A stretch of DNA of 51,045 nt, taken from an uncultured Lachnospiraceae bacterium. GTDB lineage: Bacteria; Bacillota; Clostridia; Oscillospirales; CAG-272. Position 1 is the first letter of the stretch. Each line of letters opens with the position of its first letter. The notes below the pieces were generated by a model. That model was not told the DNA's origin, did no database searches, and saw nothing but the letters and a program-made list of their open reading frames with translations. Location of the stretch: assembly GCA_964570105.1 (NCBI GenBank), contig CAZMWM010000003.1:1-51045 (forward strand), read 5' to 3'. A program made the translations under genes and the position numbers. Positions 47,921 through 51,045 of this stretch are shown here, one piece after another.

Positions 47921-48496
47921 ATGAAGCTTCTTCAGGACAGGATAGTAAACGAAGGCAAGGTACTTTCAGGTGACGTACTAAAGGTCGGAAGCTTTATGAA
48001 TCAGATGATCGACGTCGCTCTTATGGACGAGCTTGGAGAAGAGCTTTTTCGCCGTTACCGCGACTCAGGCATAACCAAGGTGCTCACGGTCGAGGCTTCC
48101 GGGATAGCGCTCGCGTACGCTACCGCACGACGTCTCGGATGCCCTATGGTATTCGCAAAAAAGAACGCCACCTCCAACATCGCATCCGAGGTATATTCAA
48201 GTCCGGTAGAGTCGTTTACACACGGCAAAACGTATAACGTAATGGTCTCGCGCGAATATCTGTGTCCCGATGACACCGTGCTTGTGGTGGACGATTTCCT
48301 TGCACTGGGCAACGCCTTGGTCGGACTTTTTTCCATCGTTGAGCAGTCGGGAGCACGCATTGCGGGAGCCGGAATAGCCATCGAAAAGGGTTATCAGCGC
48401 GGCGGTGATCTTCTGCGTTCAAGGGGATACCGTATCGAGTCCCTTGCGATAATAGATGCGATGAGCGAAAGTGACGGCATAACATTCAGACAGTAG
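47921..48496 (+). CDS. xpt: Xanthine phosphoribosyltransferase
   Basis: LKVGSFMNQMID, TVEASGI, VVDDFLALG, IEKGYQRGG. Confidence 0.93.
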   Translation: MKLLQDRIVNEGKVLSGDVLKVGSFMNQMIDVALMDELGEELFRRYRDSGITKVLTVEASGIALAYATARRLGCPMVFAKKNATSNIASEVYSSPVESFTHGKTYNVMVSREYLCPDDTVLVVDDFLALGNALVGLFSIVEQSGARIAGAGIAIEKGYQRGGDLLRSRGYRIESLAIIDAMSESDGITFRQ

Positions 48497-48557
48497 AAGC
48501 AGATCGCGCAAAAGATACGCGCGAAAGCTCCGACTAAAACAAATATCTTACATTTGC

Positions 48558-48595
48558 AAATGAGTTTGGTCTACCGCCAAGCTCATTTTTGTTTT
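48558..48595 (+). terminator. xpt terminator
   Basis: AAATGAGTTTGG/CCAAGCTCATTT stem with T-run. Confidence 0.8.
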
Positions 48596-48908
48596 GCATA
48601 TTTTCCGTCAGATACGGCTCACGCTTATAAATAGCTCTAAAATTTGAAATAATATCTTATACACTGCATATGTCGAAGCTTTTGAATTTTCACTTTCATA
48701 TCCGACGCACAAAAAATTTTGACCGCACGATAAACACAGGAAACGCTGACATTAAGTTACGCAGGTGCCAACTCGGCGTAATCAGATTTTGTTTGACATA
48801 GCGATAACGCCGTCAGTCAAAAATATACTCTGAAAGCGAGTGGCTTTCACACTCAGCCGACTCGTTCGGCTGTAAAAAAAGAACAGCAAAGGGAAAAAGG
48901 ACAGTATT

Positions 48909-49940
48909 ATGAAAAAATCAACGGTATCTGCGCTCTGCTTACTGTGCTGTATCACCTTGACGCTTCCGCTCGGTGTCAGCGCATATGCGGCACCCGTAGA
49001 GGAACACGGGGAGGTGATATTGGGCGGCGCTCTTTTCGGAGTACAGGTATACACGGACGGCGTGCTTGTCGTGGGGGTGGATAAAGTAACACCTCCGCAA
49101 GGACAGAGGGCATTTTCTCCTGCTTACGACGCCGGAATAAGGCTAAAGGACGTCATAACGGAAATAGACGGGCGATCCGTGACCGACGTAAATTCAGTAA
49201 CCGAGAGGATACGCAACAGTGACGGAAAAACGCTCAAAATAAAGATAAAACGCGGAGATACGGAAAAGGAGCTTTCGCTCACCCCTACGCGAGATGCGGA
49301 AGGAAGGTATCGCATCGGCATCTCTATCAGAGATACGGCGGCAGGCATCGGGACCGTAACCTATGTCGATCCCGCTACGGGAGAATTTGCCGGGCTTGGT
49401 CACGGAATATGCGACGCCGACACGGGTACGCTTATGCAGATAAAACGGGGCGTGGTGACCGATGTTGAGCTTACCGGCATTCAACGCGGTCAAAGAGGTA
49501 TCCCGGGAGAGCTTATCGGAAATTTCGGAACAAGCAAACAAGGTGCACTGCTGAAAAACACAGACCGAGGAGTTTACGGCATCTTCGGTAGCATACCGCA
49601 CACCCTCGACAGAAAGATACGGCTTGCTCCAAGCTCCGAGGTAAAAGAGGGCACGGCGGTGATACGTTGTGCGGTGAGCGGACGCATAGAGGAATACGGC
49701 ATAAACATTTCGAGACTCGACAAAAACGGCTCCGGGACCAAAAACTTCACCGTGACCGTAACGGACGAGAGACTTCTCTCACTTACCGGAGGAATAGTTC
49801 AAGGAATGAGCGGCTCTCCGATAATACAAAACGGTAAACTGATAGGCGCGGTAACGCACGTGCTGGTTAAGGATCCCACCACCGGCTACGGCATATATAT
49901 CGAAAATATGCTCCCACGGGCAGAACGTCTTGCCGCATAG
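48909..49940 (+). CDS. spoIVB: SpoIVB peptidase (S55) with PDZ domain
   Basis: RDTAAGIGTVT, LGHGI, GGIVQGMSGSPIIQNGKLIGAVTHV. Confidence 0.95.
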   Translation: MKKSTVSALCLLCCITLTLPLGVSAYAAPVEEHGEVILGGALFGVQVYTDGVLVVGVDKVTPPQGQRAFSPAYDAGIRLKDVITEIDGRSVTDVNSVTERIRNSDGKTLKIKIKRGDTEKELSLTPTRDAEGRYRIGISIRDTAAGIGTVTYVDPATGEFAGLGHGICDADTGTLMQIKRGVVTDVELTGIQRGQRGIPGELIGNFGTSKQGALLKNTDRGVYGIFGSIPHTLDRKIRLAPSSEVKEGTAVIRCAVSGRIEEYGINISRLDKNGSGTKNFTVTVTDERLLSLTGGIVQGMSGSPIIQNGKLIGAVTHVLVKDPTTGYGIYIENMLPRAERLAA

Positions 49941-50136
49941 CTCGGCGAACAGAGCCATAAGACGCGTAATACAAAGCAAACGGGCGTCGAGAGCAATGCC
50001 CGACCGAGCGTAGGGTATTGCTCCCCACCGCGTCATACGGTTTTTGACCGAATTTAGAGCAAAAAGCAATATTTCGGTTAACTATCATCCGAAGCTGTTG
50101 ACTTTTTCGATGTATCGGTTATAATATAATCACAGT

Positions 50137-50880
50137 ATGATTAAGGGGGCATCCATTATTTTTTACTTTGACTCGACCTATCTCTTGCTCATTCCCGCGC
50201 TGATAATGTCGCTTTGGGCAAGCATGAAGGTAAACTCCACCTTCAACAAATATTCAAAACACTTTTCGCGAAACGGTATAACTGCGGCTGAGGCAGCCAG
50301 ACGGGTGCTTGACAGTCACGGGCTGTATACGGTCCGCATAGAGCGCGTTAGAGGTAAGCTCACGGATCATTACGATCCCTCCGAGTACGTCCTCCGCCTG
50401 TCTGACAGCGTATACTCGAGTACCTCTGCGGCGGCGATAGGCGTAGCATGTCACGAAGCCGGGCACGCCATACAGCACGCAGAGCAATATTTCCCACTCA
50501 GAGTACGGCAATCCATAATCCCGATAACCAATATCGGCTCAACGGTCGGCATCTGGCTTTTTATTATCGGACTTCTGCTCTCCGCGCTCGGAGAGACCGT
50601 CTCGTTCCTCGCTATGGGGCTTGCATGGGCAGGAATAGCTTTGTTTTCATTCACCGCACTTTTCCAGCTCGTAACCTTACCCACGGAATTTAATGCAAGC
50701 AAACGAGCGCTTAGAGAGCTTGAGCGGAGCGGTATACTGTTTTCCGACGAGCTTTCCGATGCAAAGAAAGTCTTGGACGCCGCCGCTCTCACATACGTAG
50801 CGGCTCTTGCAGTCTCCATCACTCAGCTTTTACGTCTGATACTTATACTCGGTCGCAACACGGGGCGCAGAAACAGATAA
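50137..50880 (+). CDS. YugP-like membrane zinc metallopeptidase
   Basis: LTDHYDP, HEAGHAIQH, TLPTEFNAS, AAALTYVA; start uncertain. Confidence 0.9.
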   Translation: MIKGASIIFYFDSTYLLLIPALIMSLWASMKVNSTFNKYSKHFSRNGITAAEAARRVLDSHGLYTVRIERVRGKLTDHYDPSEYVLRLSDSVYSSTSAAAIGVACHEAGHAIQHAEQYFPLRVRQSIIPITNIGSTVGIWLFIIGLLLSALGETVSFLAMGLAWAGIALFSFTALFQLVTLPTEFNASKRALRELERSGILFSDELSDAKKVLDAAALTYVAALAVSITQLLRLILILGRNTGRRNR

Positions 50881-51045
50881 ATGCCGTTTCCGCGTTTTCT
50901 CGGGCGCACAGCTGTACCCGAAGGAAACGGTATCCCCGTGCAATATCCGACATTTGCTCCTCACAGGCTTATCTTCTCCAAACGTCTGTGAGGCTGAAGT
51001 CAAGTGTTTTGTGCGAAAAAATCCGAAAGATTGCGAATGTTTACA

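Noticed and set aside
50881-51045. Hairpins at the window end as an ncRNA
   Set aside because: Consistent with ordinary 3' stem-loops; context is cut off by the window edge

Overview
A roughly 50% GC chromosomal segment from a spore-forming Clostridia-class Firmicute (ytfJ, ytfI-like, spoIVB, sigma-A-type promoters). It is mostly housekeeping and metabolic: rplA 3' end, GH109-like oxidoreductase, trimeric hydCBA [FeFe]-hydrogenase, a long lon-engB-lysA-M50 protease-scpA-scpB-ytfI-ytfJ-dac-rluB run, LTA-synthase-like and GT4 genes, AraC-melA, TetR-ABC-PAP2, tRNA-Gly/Glu, sugar oxidoreductase/isomerase, yebC-argS, an acetyltransferase-only GlmU-glmM-glmS cluster, xpt, spoIVB and a yugP-like peptidase. 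I saw no CRISPR array, prophage, transposase or recognisable defence system. The signals the ORF track misses are small-scale: a 207-bp MITE-like element with TIRs and a 10-bp target duplication next to an internally deleted GT2 gene, a duplicated structured element that ends exactly at a start codon in both copies, a near-identical promoter shared by a tRNA pair and a zinc-ribbon/TPM operon, a frameshifted site-2 protease, and several structured 5' leaders (xpt, spoIVB, LRR gene). Family assignments are from motif recognition, not database searches.
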